From: Cellvibrionales bacterium
GTDB taxonomy: Bacteria > Pseudomonadota > Gammaproteobacteria > Pseudomonadales > Porticoccaceae
Length of the DNA stretch: 64,000 bases
Assembly (NCBI GenBank): GCA_038143955.1
Contig: JAYQMT010000005.1
Location: 551,423 to 615,422 of the forward strand
Reading direction: 5' to 3'
Shown: in pieces, positions 48,157 through 60,365 of the stretch
How the letters are laid out: each line of letters begins with the position of its first letter
Position numbering within the stretch: the first letter of the stretch is position 1
Notes under the pieces: generated by a model
The model's input: the letters and a program-made list of their open reading frames with translations, nothing else
Database searches by the model: none
Told to the model about the DNA's origin: nothing
Program-made: the position numbers and the translations under genes

Positions 48157-49728
48157 CTACTCCCATTCAATTGTAGCTGGAGGTTTGCTAGAAATATCAT
48201 AAGAAACTCGAGATATACCTCTGATTTCATTGATTATTCTATTTGAAACTTTTTCTAACAAGTCATATGGGAGGTGTCCCATCTTGCCGTCATGTAATCA
48301 ATTGTTTCTACTGCCCTCAAAGATACTACGTATTCATAGCGACGGGTATCGCCAACTACACCTACTGATTTAACTGGAAGAAAAACAACAAAGGCCTGGC
48401 TTGTCTTTTCATACCAACCAGTGTTTTTGAGTTCTTCAATAAAAATAGCATCAGCATCTCTAAGAAGCTCCGCATATTCTTTTTTTATCTCACCTAGAAT
48501 TCTTACACCTAATCCAGGACCAGGAAACGGGTGTCTATTTACCATTTCATGTGGCAAACCTAACTCAATACCTATTTTTCTAACCTCATCTTTAAAAAGA
48601 TCTCTCAATGGTTCAACTAAGCTCAACTGCATAGTCTCTGGAAGACCGCCAACGTTATGGTGAGATTTTATTACATGAGCTTTACCGGTTTTAGATGCTG
48701 CTGACTCAATAACATCAGGATATATAGTCCCTTGAGCCAACCACTTAACATTTTTTATTTTAAGCGCCTCCTTTTCAAAGACATCAATAAACGCTTTACC
48801 GATGATCTTACGCTTAGCTTCAGGGTCTTTTATACCAATGAGCCTATCTAAAAATAGATCTTCTGAATCTGCTCGAATAACGTTAATACCCATATTTTTC
48901 GAGAACATGACCATTACCTGGTCGCCCTCTTCTTTTCTTAAAAGACCATTATCAACAAATACACAGTGCAGTTGATTTCCTATAGCTTTATTAAGCAATG
49001 CTGCTACGACAGATGAGTCTACACCCCTGATAATGCTAATAAAACATTATCTTCTCCAACTTGTTCTCTAATACATTCAATTAAATTTTTAATAATCAGA
49101 GAGGGCACCCAGCTTCTTTTACACCCGCAAATATCTATCACAAACCTTTCAAGTATTTCTTTGCCTTGTTCAGTGTGCGTTACCTCCGGATGAAACTGAA
49201 GGCCATAAAAGTTCTTTTTTGGTTAAACATACCAGCTATCGGGCAGGATTCACTTGAAGCCATTAGTTCGAAGTTGGGTGGAACTGAAGCAACTCTATCA
49301 CCATGACTCATCCAAACCTCAAGTCGCCTACTATCTTGCCTATCTCTTTGATTTGCTAGACCATCAAGTAGCACACTGTGATTATGTGATTGAATTATTG
49401 CATACCCAAATTCTTGGATAGCTGAAGTTTCGACAGAACCCCCAAGCTGTTCAGCCATTATCTGCATCCCATAACAAATACCTAAAATCGGTATTCCAAG
49501 ATCAAACAAACCAGTTGATACACTGGGAGCCTCAATTCCTATTACAGATTCTGGGCCACCGGATAAGATTATACCACTAGGGTTATACTCGATAATTTCA
49601 TTAATTTTCTTATCGAAAGTATGGACTTCAGAGTAAACACCAGCTTCCCTAACGCGCCTAGCTATAAGCTGTGTATACTGCGACCCAAAATCAAGGATTA
49701 GGATTTTTTTTGATTTTATATTTGACAT
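48157..49728 (-). CDS. guaA: GMP synthase (several frameshifts)
   Basis: [41 protein letters not shown]; C-terminal KPPATIEWE ends at TAG 48157. Confidence 0.97.
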
Positions 49729-49736
49729 ATCTTATA

Positions 49737-49774
49737 AAGGCGACCTTTTTTTATTAAAAAATAAAGGTCGCCTT
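49737..49774. terminator. Hairpin between guaB and guaA
   Basis: AAGGCGACCTTT...AAAGGTCGCCTT perfect 12-bp inverted repeat. Confidence 0.6.
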
Positions 49775-49811
49775 ATGCAGCCTTTTTCTTAAATTATATT
49801 TAAATATAAAA

Positions 49812-51281
49812 TTACCTATGCGGATAGTTGGGTGCTTCTTTGCTAACAGATACATCATGAACATGACTTTCATTCATACCTGCTGAAGTAACACGAACAA
49901 AAGTTGGCTTGGTTTTCAAGGTATCTATATCTGGACTGCCGGTATAGCCCATAGAAGATCTTACTCCACCCATCATTTGATGAATTATTGATGATATTGG
50001 TCCTTTGTATGGAACTCTTCCTTCAATTCCCTCTGGAACAAGTTTTTCGGTCCCACGAGCTGCATCCTGAAAATAACGATCACTCGAACCAAGAGTTTGC
50101 ATCATTGCACCCATTGACCCCATACCACGATAAGATTTATATGTGCGACCCTCATAAAACTCAATTTCTCCCGGAGATTCTTCGGTTCCTGCAAACATAG
50201 AACCCATCATTACAGAATGAGCTCCAGCAGCTAGAGCTTTAGATATATCACCTGAAAATCGAATGCCTCCATCAGCGATCACTGGTATACCTGTATCCTT
50301 AAGGGCATCTACGACTTTGGCTATCGCTGTTATTTGCGGGACGCCAATACCGGTAACAATCCTGGTAGTACATATAGATCCTGGGCCTATCCCAACTTTT
50401 ATACCATCTGCCCCAGCTTTTGCTAATGCTAATGCCGCTTCAGCAGTAGCTATATTGCCCGCTATGATATCAACCGAAGGGTATTGAGATTTTATTTTTT
50501 TTACGCGGTTTATAACATTGAGGGAGTGTCCATGGGCAGTATCTATGACTAAAATATCGACGCCAGCTTTGACTAGAGCGGCAACTCTATCATCAGTATC
50601 AGGACTTGTTCCAATTGAAGCCCCTACTCTGAGTCTGCCCTGATCATCTTTGCAAGCATTTGGGAACTTTTCTGCTTTATCTATATCTTTTACAGTAATT
50701 AATCCACGTAATTCAAATGATTTACTCACGACTAATATTTTTTCTATGCGATGTTTATGGAGCAAGCTTTTTATTTCATCAGGTTTAGCGCCTTCAAAAA
50801 CAGTAACTAGTCTATCTTTTGAAGTCATGATAGTTGATACAGGTGATTTTAGGCTAGGCTCAAACCTAACATCACGACGTGTAACTATTCCAACTAGTTC
50901 ACCATTTTCTAATACAGGTACTCCAGAAATATTATACTCTGTTGTTAGATCTACTAACTCCTTGACAGTAGCAGAAGAATTTATAGATATCGGATCTTTA
51001 ACCACGCCACTTTCGTATTTTTTGACAGCACGGACTTCAAGGGCCTGATTATCGATACTCATACTTTTATGTATGATCCCAATTCCACCATCTTGAGCTA
51101 GCGCAATAGCTAAACGAGATTCAGTAACTGTATCCATTGCTGCTGAGACAAGTGGAATATTAAGTGAGATAGTGCGTGATAGGCGAGTTTTTAGTGAAAC
51201 GTCTTTTGCGGTTACCTCAGAGTATCCCGGTACCAATAAGACGTCATCGAAGGTAAGTGCTTCTCCATCTATTTTTATCAT
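49812..51281 (-). CDS. guaB: IMP dehydrogenase
   Basis: [11 protein letters not shown] pair, [25 protein letters not shown]. Confidence 0.98.
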   Translation of the reverse strand: MIKIDGEALTFDDVLLVPGYSEVTAKDVSLKTRLSRTISLNIPLVSAAMDTVTESRLAIALAQDGGIGIIHKSMSIDNQALEVRAVKKYESGVVKDPISINSSATVKELVDLTTEYNISGVPVLENGELVGIVTRRDVRFEPSLKSPVSTIMTSKDRLVTVFEGAKPDEIKSLLHKHRIEKILVVSKSFELRGLITVKDIDKAEKFPNACKDDQGRLRVGASIGTSPDTDDRVAALVKAGVDILVIDTAHGHSLNVINRVKKIKSQYPSVDIIAGNIATAEAALALAKAGADGIKVGIGPGSICTTRIVTGIGVPQITAIAKVVDALKDTGIPVIADGGIRFSGDISKALAAGAHSVMMGSMFAGTEESPGEIEFYEGRTYKSYRGMGSMGAMMQTLGSSDRYFQDAARGTEKLVPEGIEGRVPYKGPISSIIHQMMGGVRSSMGYTGSPDIDTLKTKPTFVRVTSAGMNESHVHDVSVSKEAPNYPHR

Positions 51282-51463
51282 CTATTCTGCTTACCTCGTT
51301 ATAACAATTGCTAACATCGTTGTTTTTTTATAAAAAACAGATCGCTACTTTAGTAAGCAGTCTATTATAAGCCTAACAAGTAGGAAAAACACTACTTTCC
51401 TTCACAGAATGTTTTGACTTACTTTTTAGTATTCATAGTTACTAACTTTTACTTTGACTACTG

Positions 51464-52843
51464 TTGATAGTAATGCAAAATAAAGAGATGGATAAAGCAG
51501 TTATAAAATATACAGTATCTGAGTTAAATAGACTGTCTCGCCAAACACTAGAAGCTAAATTTCCTTTGATTTGGGTAGAGGGAGAAATATCTAATTTTTC
51601 AATGCCAGCCTCTGGTCACTGGTACTTCAAGATGAAAGATGAAACCGCAACAATAAGTTGCGCAATGTTTAAAAATCAAAATTCAAGGAGTACCTTTAAA
51701 CCACAAAATGGAATGAAGGTATTAGCCCGCTGCAAAATAACTATTTATGAAGTATCTGGAAATTATCAACTTATAATTGAGCAAATTGAAAGCGCAGGTA
51801 TTGGAGCCTTACAAAGAAAGTTTGAAGAGACAAAAAAACAGTTATTTAATGAGGGTGTTTTTGATGATAAACATAAATTACCTATACCAAAATATCCAAA
51901 GAAAATAGGTATTATAACCTCCCCTACAGGGGCGGCAATACAGGATATATTATCTATTTTGAAAAGAAGATATCCAATAGCTAGTGTTTTAGTCTACCCA
52001 AGTATTGTTCAAGGAAATACACTTGATGGGTCCAGTGCAGCAAATGAGTTAACCGAAAGAATTATTTTTGCAAATAAAACAAATAATTGTGATGTTTTGA
52101 TCCTTACACGCGGTGGTGGCTCTATAGAGGATCTATGGGCTTTTAATGATGAAACCCTTGCTCGATCTATTCATAAAAGTGACATACCAATTATAAGCGC
52201 AGTTGGCCATGAAATTGATTATACTATTTGTGATTTTGTTTCTGATTGCAGAGCACCAACTCCCTCTGCGGCAGCGGAAATTGTTAGTCCAGATGTAAAC
52301 TCAATTATACAGAGACTAAATGAAAAAGAACTTCAGCTTAATCGTATGATCCTTGGTTTCTTACAGGCGCACTATCAAAAAATAGATAATCTATTTATAA
52401 GGATCAGAAATCCAAATGATTACCTTTTTCATATAAAAACTCAAATTGAAGGCTTACGGAATAGAATCCATAAAAACATAACTTCAAAAATAAAGATAGA
52501 TAAAGAAACTCTTGCTCATATTGACAAAAATCTACAACGAAATCATCCTTGTGAGCATCTCTCAAGTCTCTTTAATCGACTGATTTTACTTGAAAAAAGA
52601 CTTAATAATGAAGTTATTGAATTATTAATAACAAAACGAAAAAAATGGGAGAATAGTTTAAGATTATTAGAAGCAGTCAGCCCACTAAATACAATAAAAA
52701 GAGGCTATGCGATTATCTTAAATAAAGATAAAAAAATAATTAAGTGCACATCTGATATTAAGATAAATGATAGGATTTTTACTATGCTTGGAGATGGGGG
52801 TGTGTTTAGCAAAATTGAAGAAATTCAACCAAATAAAAAATGA
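51464..52843 (+). CDS. xseA: Exodeoxyribonuclease VII large subunit
   Basis: WVEGEISN, SGHWYF, RGGGSIEDLW, SAVGHE, APTPSAAAE. Confidence 0.96.
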   Translation: MIVMQNKEMDKAVIKYTVSELNRLSRQTLEAKFPLIWVEGEISNFSMPASGHWYFKMKDETATISCAMFKNQNSRSTFKPQNGMKVLARCKITIYEVSGNYQLIIEQIESAGIGALQRKFEETKKQLFNEGVFDDKHKLPIPKYPKKIGIITSPTGAAIQDILSILKRRYPIASVLVYPSIVQGNTLDGSSAANELTERIIFANKTNNCDVLILTRGGGSIEDLWAFNDETLARSIHKSDIPIISAVGHEIDYTICDFVSDCRAPTPSAAAEIVSPDVNSIIQRLNEKELQLNRMILGFLQAHYQKIDNLFIRIRNPNDYLFHIKTQIEGLRNRIHKNITSKIKIDKETLAHIDKNLQRNHPCEHLSSLFNRLILLEKRLNNEVIELLITKRKKWENSLRLLEAVSPLNTIKRGYAIILNKDKKIIKCTSDIKINDRIFTMLGDGGVFSKIEEIQPNKK

Positions 52844-52886
52844 TGTTAAATAACTACATAAAGACAATTAAGGGGAGATCTGAGAA

Positions 52887-54779
52887 ATGAATTTTCTTAA
52901 ACTATTTATTATAATCTTCGTTATGGTCAGCCTAAATGCCTGTATGGATAAATCTGAAGAAACTTTAGAATTAGGCAAAGATATCAATGATTTATCGAGC
53001 AAGGAGCCAGTAACTTGGGATCTTAGTGATTTATATTTAGATATTGAGAGCTGGAATCGCTCTCGATCTCAGATATCCTCAAAGTTTTCGAAGATCAAAG
53101 ACTGTGAGGGCAAACTAGGTGAAAGTTCGGCGCTCCTCACTGTCTGCCTAGACTTAATCAATGATACTTATAAGGATTTATTAAAAAATTATACATATAG
53201 TTTTTTAGCTAAGGATACAGATCTGGGTAACTCTAATTTTCGCGAGAGATCTTCATTATCTCAAGCATTATTTGTAAATTTTGGAGAGGCTACAAGTTTC
53301 TTGAATCCAGAGATTGTATCCATAGGAAAAACAAAACTAAACGAATATATAGCGAATGATGAAGGTTTAAAAAATCATGATTTTTATATTCAAAATACTC
53401 TTCGTCAGTCCAACTTCATACTCTCACCAAAAGAAGAGGCAATCATAGCTTCAATGCGGGACACAATGAGCACACCATCAAGTGCTTACGAAGTTCTCAC
53501 CAATGCTGAAATACCATGGCCAGAAGTGACTCTGTCAAACGGAAAAACTGTTAAACTTAATCCATCGGGATATGGCACATACAGACGATCCATAGAACGT
53601 AATGACCGAATGTTAGTGTTTGATAAATTCTGGGGTACATTCCAAAACTATAAGCAGACTTTAGCTATAACACTTCAAGGGCAGGTTAAAAATGATGTTA
53701 CTATGGCAAAAATCAAAGGCTATAACTCGTCACTTGACCAAGCATTGGCTGAAGAAAATATTCCTATAAAGGTTTATGAAACTCTTGTATCTTCAGTAAA
53801 TAAGGGATTACCAAGTCTTCACAGACTCATAAAGCTTCGCCAGCGTATGCTGGGTCTTGAAACATCAGAATACTACGACATATATCCATCTGTAGTTTCG
53901 ATAGATAAAAAATACAGTCTTGAAGATGCAAAGCAATTAACATTAGAAGCATTGAAGCCGTTAGGAAAGAGTTATATAGATACTCTATCAAATTCACTTA
54001 ATAAAAACTGGATGCATGTATATCCCGCTCCAGGTAAAAGAAGTGGGGCATATGTAATGGGAGCTGCTTATGATGTTCATCCTTATGTGCTATTAAATTT
54101 TGATAATACACTCGAGTCGGTTAGCACCTTCATACATGAGTGGGGTCATGCGATGCATACTTTGTTAGCTAATGATGTTCAATCATTCGAAAAAGCTGAC
54201 TATTCGACATTTATTGCCGAGATTGCATCAACTGCCAATGAGATTCTACTTTTTGATCATTTGCGAAAAAATAGCAAAAATGATCAACAGAAACTTTACT
54301 TTTTATTCAAAGAGCTATCACAAATTAGAGGAACTTTTTTTAGACAAACACAATTTGCCGAATTCGAGCTTGCTATACATAAATTGATAGAAAAAGGTGA
54401 GGCGCTCTCTGCGGATAAGCTAGATAGGATCTATGGGGATATACTTAAACAGTATTATGGTCACAATGAAGGGATTATGAACATTAAGGATACATATACA
54501 GTTGAGTGGGCATACATACCTCATTTTTACAGAAATTTTTATGTATACCAATACGCAACATCTATTTCTGCTGCATATTTTCTTACTGACAAGATCTTGA
54601 AGAAAGAAAAGGGTTCAAAAGAGACTTTAATTAAAATATTAAAAGCGGGAGGGTCAAATTATCCTTTTGACATACTCTTAAATGCTGGTGTGGATATGTC
54701 TTCTGAGGCCGTCTACTCCTCTATAATTAGCCGCATGGAACAACTCATGGATGAAGTAGAGTTAATATTAAACAAATAG
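52887..54779 (+). CDS. pepF: Oligoendopeptidase F (M3B) with lipoprotein-type signal peptide
   Basis: WDLSDLY, GKRSGAY, HPYVLLN, HEWGH zinc motif, AEIAS, IPHFYRNFYVYQY; N-terminal MNFLKLFIIIFVMVSLNAC lipobox. Confidence 0.92.
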   Translation: MNFLKLFIIIFVMVSLNACMDKSEETLELGKDINDLSSKEPVTWDLSDLYLDIESWNRSRSQISSKFSKIKDCEGKLGESSALLTVCLDLINDTYKDLLKNYTYSFLAKDTDLGNSNFRERSSLSQALFVNFGEATSFLNPEIVSIGKTKLNEYIANDEGLKNHDFYIQNTLRQSNFILSPKEEAIIASMRDTMSTPSSAYEVLTNAEIPWPEVTLSNGKTVKLNPSGYGTYRRSIERNDRMLVFDKFWGTFQNYKQTLAITLQGQVKNDVTMAKIKGYNSSLDQALAEENIPIKVYETLVSSVNKGLPSLHRLIKLRQRMLGLETSEYYDIYPSVVSIDKKYSLEDAKQLTLEALKPLGKSYIDTLSNSLNKNWMHVYPAPGKRSGAYVMGAAYDVHPYVLLNFDNTLESVSTFIHEWGHAMHTLLANDVQSFEKADYSTFIAEIASTANEILLFDHLRKNSKNDQQKLYFLFKELSQIRGTFFRQTQFAEFELAIHKLIEKGEALSADKLDRIYGDILKQYYGHNEGIMNIKDTYTVEWAYIPHFYRNFYVYQYATSISAAYFLTDKILKKEKGSKETLIKILKAGGSNYPFDILLNAGVDMSSEAVYSSIISRMEQLMDEVELILNK

Positions 54780-54807
54780 ATTAACTATTATGAGTTACAA
54801 AGATAAA

Positions 54808-54922
54808 TGGTGACCACCCTTGCCAGCCTTGTCTAGCACATAATATTGTCACTACCGTTGCTCCCTTCCGGGTCTGGCGGGGTTTGTGAAATATTATTGC
54901 TAGGGACCAGCAAGGGTCGCCA
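54808..54922 (-). ncRNA. ffs: Signal recognition particle 4.5S RNA
   Basis: Minus strand forms a long hairpin with the domain IV motif CCCCGCCAGACCCGGAAGGGAGCAACGG (GGAA tetraloop); termini GGCGACC-CTTGC and GCAAG-GGT-GGTCACC pair. Confidence 0.93.
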
Positions 54923-55004
54923 TAAACTTGCTTTGTTTAAAAATGAGGATTTTGGGTACCATTGAAAACATAACCGCATGCTACCTAGAGTTCCTCAAGT
55001 ACGC

Positions 55005-55033
55005 ATTATGTGCGGTAAATTGACCCATTTCAA
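55005..55033 (-). promoter_or_regulatory. Sigma70 promoter for ffs
   Basis: Minus strand TTGAAA-17 nt-CATAAT followed by a GC-rich discriminator (GCG). Confidence 0.6.
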
Positions 55034-55129
55034 TGGTGTTCTTGCCTTAAGGGTTAAATATTTAAACTTGCGTTATTTTTGTGGATGTTTAAAACAAGTT
55101 AGTTAGTATTTTAGGTAATTGGATTTTCT

Positions 55130-56785
55130 ATGAATAACTTAATTAAATCTTGGGCATGGCTTTTAGGCTTGATATTAATTACTTTCCTTTCTATCGCTGG
55201 ATGTACCAAAGGGCAAAGTAATGTAGAACAAGGAAATATCGAGGGTATTCTTCACTGGGGTAATGGAACAGATCCCCAGGAATTAGACCCGCATGTCGTT
55301 ACTGGTGTGCCTGAACACCACATTTTATCTGCTCTTCTCGAGGGATTAGTTGCAAAAGACCCAAAAACATTGCAACCAATTCCCGCTGTTGCTGAGGAAT
55401 GGAGTATTAGTGCGGATAAAAAAAAACCTATATATTTAAGATACGTAAATATGCATTATGGTCGAACGGAGATTCTCTAACTGCTCATGATTTCGTTTGG
55501 TCATGGTGGAGAGCTCTGCAGCCAAAACTAGGTAATCAATATGCCTACATGTTATTTCCAATTGAGAATGCTGAGAGTTTTGCTAGAGGTGAAATTACAG
55601 ATTTTTCAAGGGTAGGAGTAAAAGCATTAAGTGCTGATCTTCTCGAGGTTAAGCTATCTAACCCAACGCCATATTTCTTACAGTTATTAGATCACTATAG
55701 TATGTTCCCAGTCCATAAAAAGACTATCGAAAAATTTGGTAAAGCACACGAAAGAGGAACACTGTGGACCCGTCCAGGTAACTTTGTGGGAAATGGGCCT
55801 TTTGTGCTCAAAGAATGGCATCTTTTTAGATCTATAATTGTTGAAAAAAATCTGAACTACTGGGATCTGAAGAAAGTTAGTCTAAATGGAATAAAGTTTC
55901 ATCCAATTGAAAATGTAACTACAGAAGAGAGAATGTTTCGTATGGGACAATTGCATAAGACCGCAAGCGTTCCAATCGATAAAGTTAAAATTTACCAAAA
56001 AAATAATTCTAATTTAATAAAAATCCATCCGTATTTAGGAACTTATTTTTACAGATTTAATACTAAAATACCTCATCTAAACGATAAAAGAGTAAGAAAA
56101 GCATTAGCTATGAGCATTAATAGACAACAACTTACTGATAAAGTTACCAAGGGAGGAGAAACCCCTGCCTTCACATTCACGCCACCTGATACATTTGGTT
56201 ATTCTGCAAGGGCTGCATTTGAATTTAACCCAAAAATGGCACGCGATTTAATGAGAGAGGCTGGCTATCCAGATGGAAAGGGGTTTCCCGTTACCGAGCT
56301 ATTGTATAATACGTCTGAAGGCCACAGAAAAATTGCAGTGGCTATACAACAAATGTGGAAAAAATCTTGGTATCAATGTAACTCTGAGTAATCAGGATTG
56401 GAAGGTGTACTTAGATTCTGTGAATAACGGTAGCTATGCAATTGCGAGGGCTGGATGGATTGGCGATTATGTAGACCCTAATACATTTTTAAATATGTGG
56501 GTAACAGATGGGGGAAATAATCGAACCGGCTGGTCTGATCTCTACTATGATGATTTGATATCTAAACAAGCACCAATTTCTTTAAATAAACTTGATAGAT
56601 ACACTATTATGGCTAAGGCTGAGGCGGTTTTACTTGAGAGCATGCCAATCATTCCCATTTATATTTACAATAGTAAAAGTTTGGTTCACCCAAGTGTTAA
56701 AGGCATGGAGCCAAATATCTTAAACTATGTTCTTTATAAAAATATTCGACTAGATAGCACACTGATAGAAAAAGAGGTGGACTAG
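55130..56785 (+). CDS. oppA: Oligopeptide ABC transporter substrate-binding protein (lipoprotein; frameshifted)
   Basis: LSIAGC lipobox, DPQELDP, GNGPF, RVRKALAMSINR, RAGWIGDYVDP, MPIIPIY. Confidence 0.9.
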
Positions 56786-57722
56786 TGTTTTACTTTCGCT
56801 CTAAGAAGATTAATCCAATCAATTCCTGTTTTAATTATTGTGATTACTGCAACTTTTTTTTTTAGTACGCGCTGCACCTGGAGGCCCTTTTAGTGCAGAA
56901 AAAATGTACCCCCTGAGGTAGTAAAAGCATTAGAAGCACAATACAAGCTAGATCAGCCTATTTGGCAGCAATACACTAGCTATATAAATGATCTAATTCA
57001 TGGTCAGTTCGGACCGTCTTTTCGTTATCCAGGCAGAACAGTGAACGAGCTTATTGAGGCCGGTTTACCTGTTACTGCGGAATTAGCACTATATGCAATG
57101 CTTTTAGCAGTCTTGATTGGGGTAAGCTCAGGTGTTTATGCTGGACTTAGACCAAATTCAATCCATGATTATCTGCCCATGTCCCTATCGATGATTGGGA
57201 TATGTGTGCCCTCCTTCTTGATGGGCCCACTTATGGTTCTTTTTTTTGGGATTTATATGGAGTGGCTACCTATATCTGGTTGGGGTAGCACACCTGGAGA
57301 CAAAATTTTACCAACTATAACTCTTGGGCTAGGTTATGCTGCGTTTATCTCAAGGCTTAGTCGTGGTGGGATACTAGAGGTAATGTCAAAAGATTATATT
57401 CGAACAGCCAGAGCTAAGGGATTACCTGCTAGGGTAATAGTATTTAAGCATGCTCTTCGTGGCGGCTTGATTCCAGTAGTCGCTTTTTTAGGGCCAGCTT
57501 TTGCTGGTCTTTTAAGTGGCTCTTTTGTTGTAGAGACAATTTTTCAGATTCCTGGGCTTGGTAGATTCTATGTACAAGCCGCTTTTAATAGAGACTATAC
57601 GATGATTTTAGGCACCACCATATTTTTTTTCTACTCTTATAATTATGTTCAATTTACTGTCAGACATCGTATCCGTCTGGCTGGACCCAAAGCTCAGAGA
57701 CCAATATAGGCATAATAAATAA
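56785..57722 (+). CDS. oppB: Oligopeptide ABC permease (frameshifted)
   Basis: APGGPF, FGPSFRY, DYIRTARAKGL EAA loop, GSFVVETIFQIPGLG. Confidence 0.9.
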
Positions 57723-58613
57723 ATGGTAGAAGTTAAGGAAAAATTATCTTATGAACCTAAGGATTTAGGGGGTTCCCTATGGTCTGATGGATGGGTACGA
57801 CTGAAGAAAAATAAATTAGCTATAACAAGCTTATTCGTTTTAGGATTTCTTTGAATTACCGCAGTGCTTACACCGATCATTGCACCCTATGGATACGAAG
57901 AACAAAACCTTTTACTAGGCGCAGTTCCTCCTTCTAGTGATCATTGGTTGGGGACTGATGTGTTTGGTAGAGATATGCTTACCAGAATAATGTATGGAAG
58001 TAGAATTTCCCTAGCAGTTGGCTTTATTGCAAGTGGAGTAGCTTTATGTATTGGTGTTCTATGGGGTTCTCTAGCAGGCTATTCTGGTGGTCGCATTGAT
58101 GCATTCATGATGAGAGTTGTGGATATACTATATGCATTACCTTTCATGATATTTATCATATTACTAATGGTAATTTTCGGAAGAAATTTACTTCTTTTAT
58201 TTTTAGCAATTGGTGCGGTTGAATGGTTGACTATGGCTCGTATTGTTCGTGGGCAGGTTTTAACAATTAAACAACAGGATTTCATAGAAGCAGCTACTTC
58301 ATTAGGACTTTCACATTGGACTATAGTTCGCCGGCATATTATACCTAATACACTCAGCCCAGTAATTGTGTATACAACTTTGACTATACCTAGTGTGATG
58401 CTCTTAGAAGCATTTCTAAGCTTCCTTGGCTTAGGAATACAGCCGCCCCAGAGCTCTTGGGGTTTATTGATATCTTATGGTGTTGAAACTATGGAGGAAT
58501 ATCCATGGCTCATTTTCTTTCCAGGCTTATTTTTATCTATAACTTTATTTTCACTCAATTTTTTGGGTGACGGGCTTAGAGATGCATTAGACCCCAGAGC
58601 TTCTAAAGATTAA
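57723..58613 (+). CDS. oppC: Oligopeptide ABC permease (apparent error near 57850)
   Basis: HWLGTDVFGRD, ARIVRGQ, FIEAA, NFLGDGLRDALDP. Confidence 0.92.
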
Positions 58614-58685
58614 GGTAAGAAAAAAAACTTAAAGTTTAATATAATATTAGTTATATAATACCATGATAAATATAGAATTTAAATT

Positions 58686-60361
58686 ATGTCATTACTTTCA
58701 GTAGAAGATTTAACTATTCATTTCCATAGCCGAAATGGAATTATAAAAGCAGTGAAAAAACTTAAGCTTTGTCTTAGACTATGGCGAAACTTTAGCTATA
58801 GTTGGTGAATCTGGGTCCGGTAAATCGGTAGCTTCTTACAGTCTCCTTGATCTTATTCCAAAACCACCTGGTAAAATAGAAGCTGGTAAAGCTATTTTCA
58901 ATGATAGCGATCTACTTACTTTGGAAGCTCTAGATCTACAAAAGATACGTGGCAATGAAATAGCAATAATATTTCAAGATCCAATGAGCAGTTTAAATCC
59001 ATACTTAACAATAGGTGAACAGATTATTGAGCCAATAATTTATCATAAAAAAAAATCACGCAAAGAGGCTAAGGGGCTTGCTTTAAGTATGCTTACTGAG
59101 GTTGGTCTTAATGGACCAGATAATAAGTTTTATTGCTTCCCTCATGAGCTTTCAGGCGGAATGCAGCAGAGGGTTATGATTGCTATGGCCTTAATAACAA
59201 AACCAAAACTTCTTATATGCGATGAACCAACAACAGCATTAGACGTTACTACTCAGGCTCAGATCATAAAACTGATTCAAAAAAAAAAAAAAATATAAAA
59301 TTGCAGTCATATTTATCAGTCACGATCTAGGTGTGGTTGCAGGTATAGCAGATAGAATTATTGTTATGAAAAATGGAGAAGCAATAGAAACAGGAATTAC
59401 AAACGATATATTTTATAGCCCAAAAACACAATATACAAAAAAATTACTATCCTCCATACCTCGCGGTGAAAAAGAAGAGAAAAACTTTTCCTCGAAAAAG
59501 GTGTTACTTAGGGTCGATAATCTCGTAAAGTATTATCCAGCCAACCAAGATGCATTTAACTGGCAGATATTTAAATCATTTAGTGAAATAAATACAAAAA
59601 AAAGATATGTAAAAGCACTCGATAGTGTATCTTTTGACATAAAAAAAGGTGAGATATTTGGTGTCGTTGGAGAATCAGGAAGTGGCAAATCATCCCTAGG
59701 GAAAACAATTCTCCAACTTACCTCATTAGATGAAGGTCAAATTTATTTTTCTGATAAAAATCTTCTGAATTTACCATCATCAGAAAAGATTAGTATGCGT
59801 AAACATATGCAGATGATATTTCAGGACCCTTATTCGTCTCTTAATCCAAGAATGACTATTTTCGATATATTAGCGGAACCTCTGCTCTATCATTCTTTAG
59901 CTACTAGCACTAATATCCAAAAGTATGTCTTGAGCCTCATAGACGATATAGGGTTACCAAGAATATCGGCCAAAAAATATCCCCATGAGTTTTCTGGTGG
60001 ACAGCGTCAACGTATCGCAATCGGTCGCGCGATTGCCACTAAACCGGAATTTATTATTGCAGATGAACCAGTTTCAGCTCTTGATGTAACTGTTCAGGCT
60101 CAAATTTTAGAGTTGATCTTAAATCTAACTGAGAAGCATAATATGACTATGATGTTTATTTCACACGACCTCTCTGTTGTTAGATATCTGGCTGATCGTA
60201 TTGCAGTAATGCAGTATGGAAAAATAGTTGAACTTAATAAAACCAGTGAAATTTTCTCATCTGCATCAGAAAAATATACGAAAGAGCTTCTTGGTGCTAT
60301 ACCCCTTGCTGACCCTAAAGAAGAAAAGAAACGACAAAATATAATTATGAGTGATAGGTAA
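58686..60361 (+). CDS. Fused double ABC ATPase (OppD-OppF/YejF-like; frameshifted)
   Basis: Two GESGSGKS Walker A motifs, two FQDP motifs, LSGGMQQR and FSGGQRQR signatures; breaks at A-runs near 58760 and 59290. Confidence 0.88.
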
Positions 60362-60365
60362 GCCA

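Noticed and set aside
54940-55000. Possible tRNA upstream of ffs
   Set aside because: No TTC T-loop or cloverleaf, only a single hairpin.
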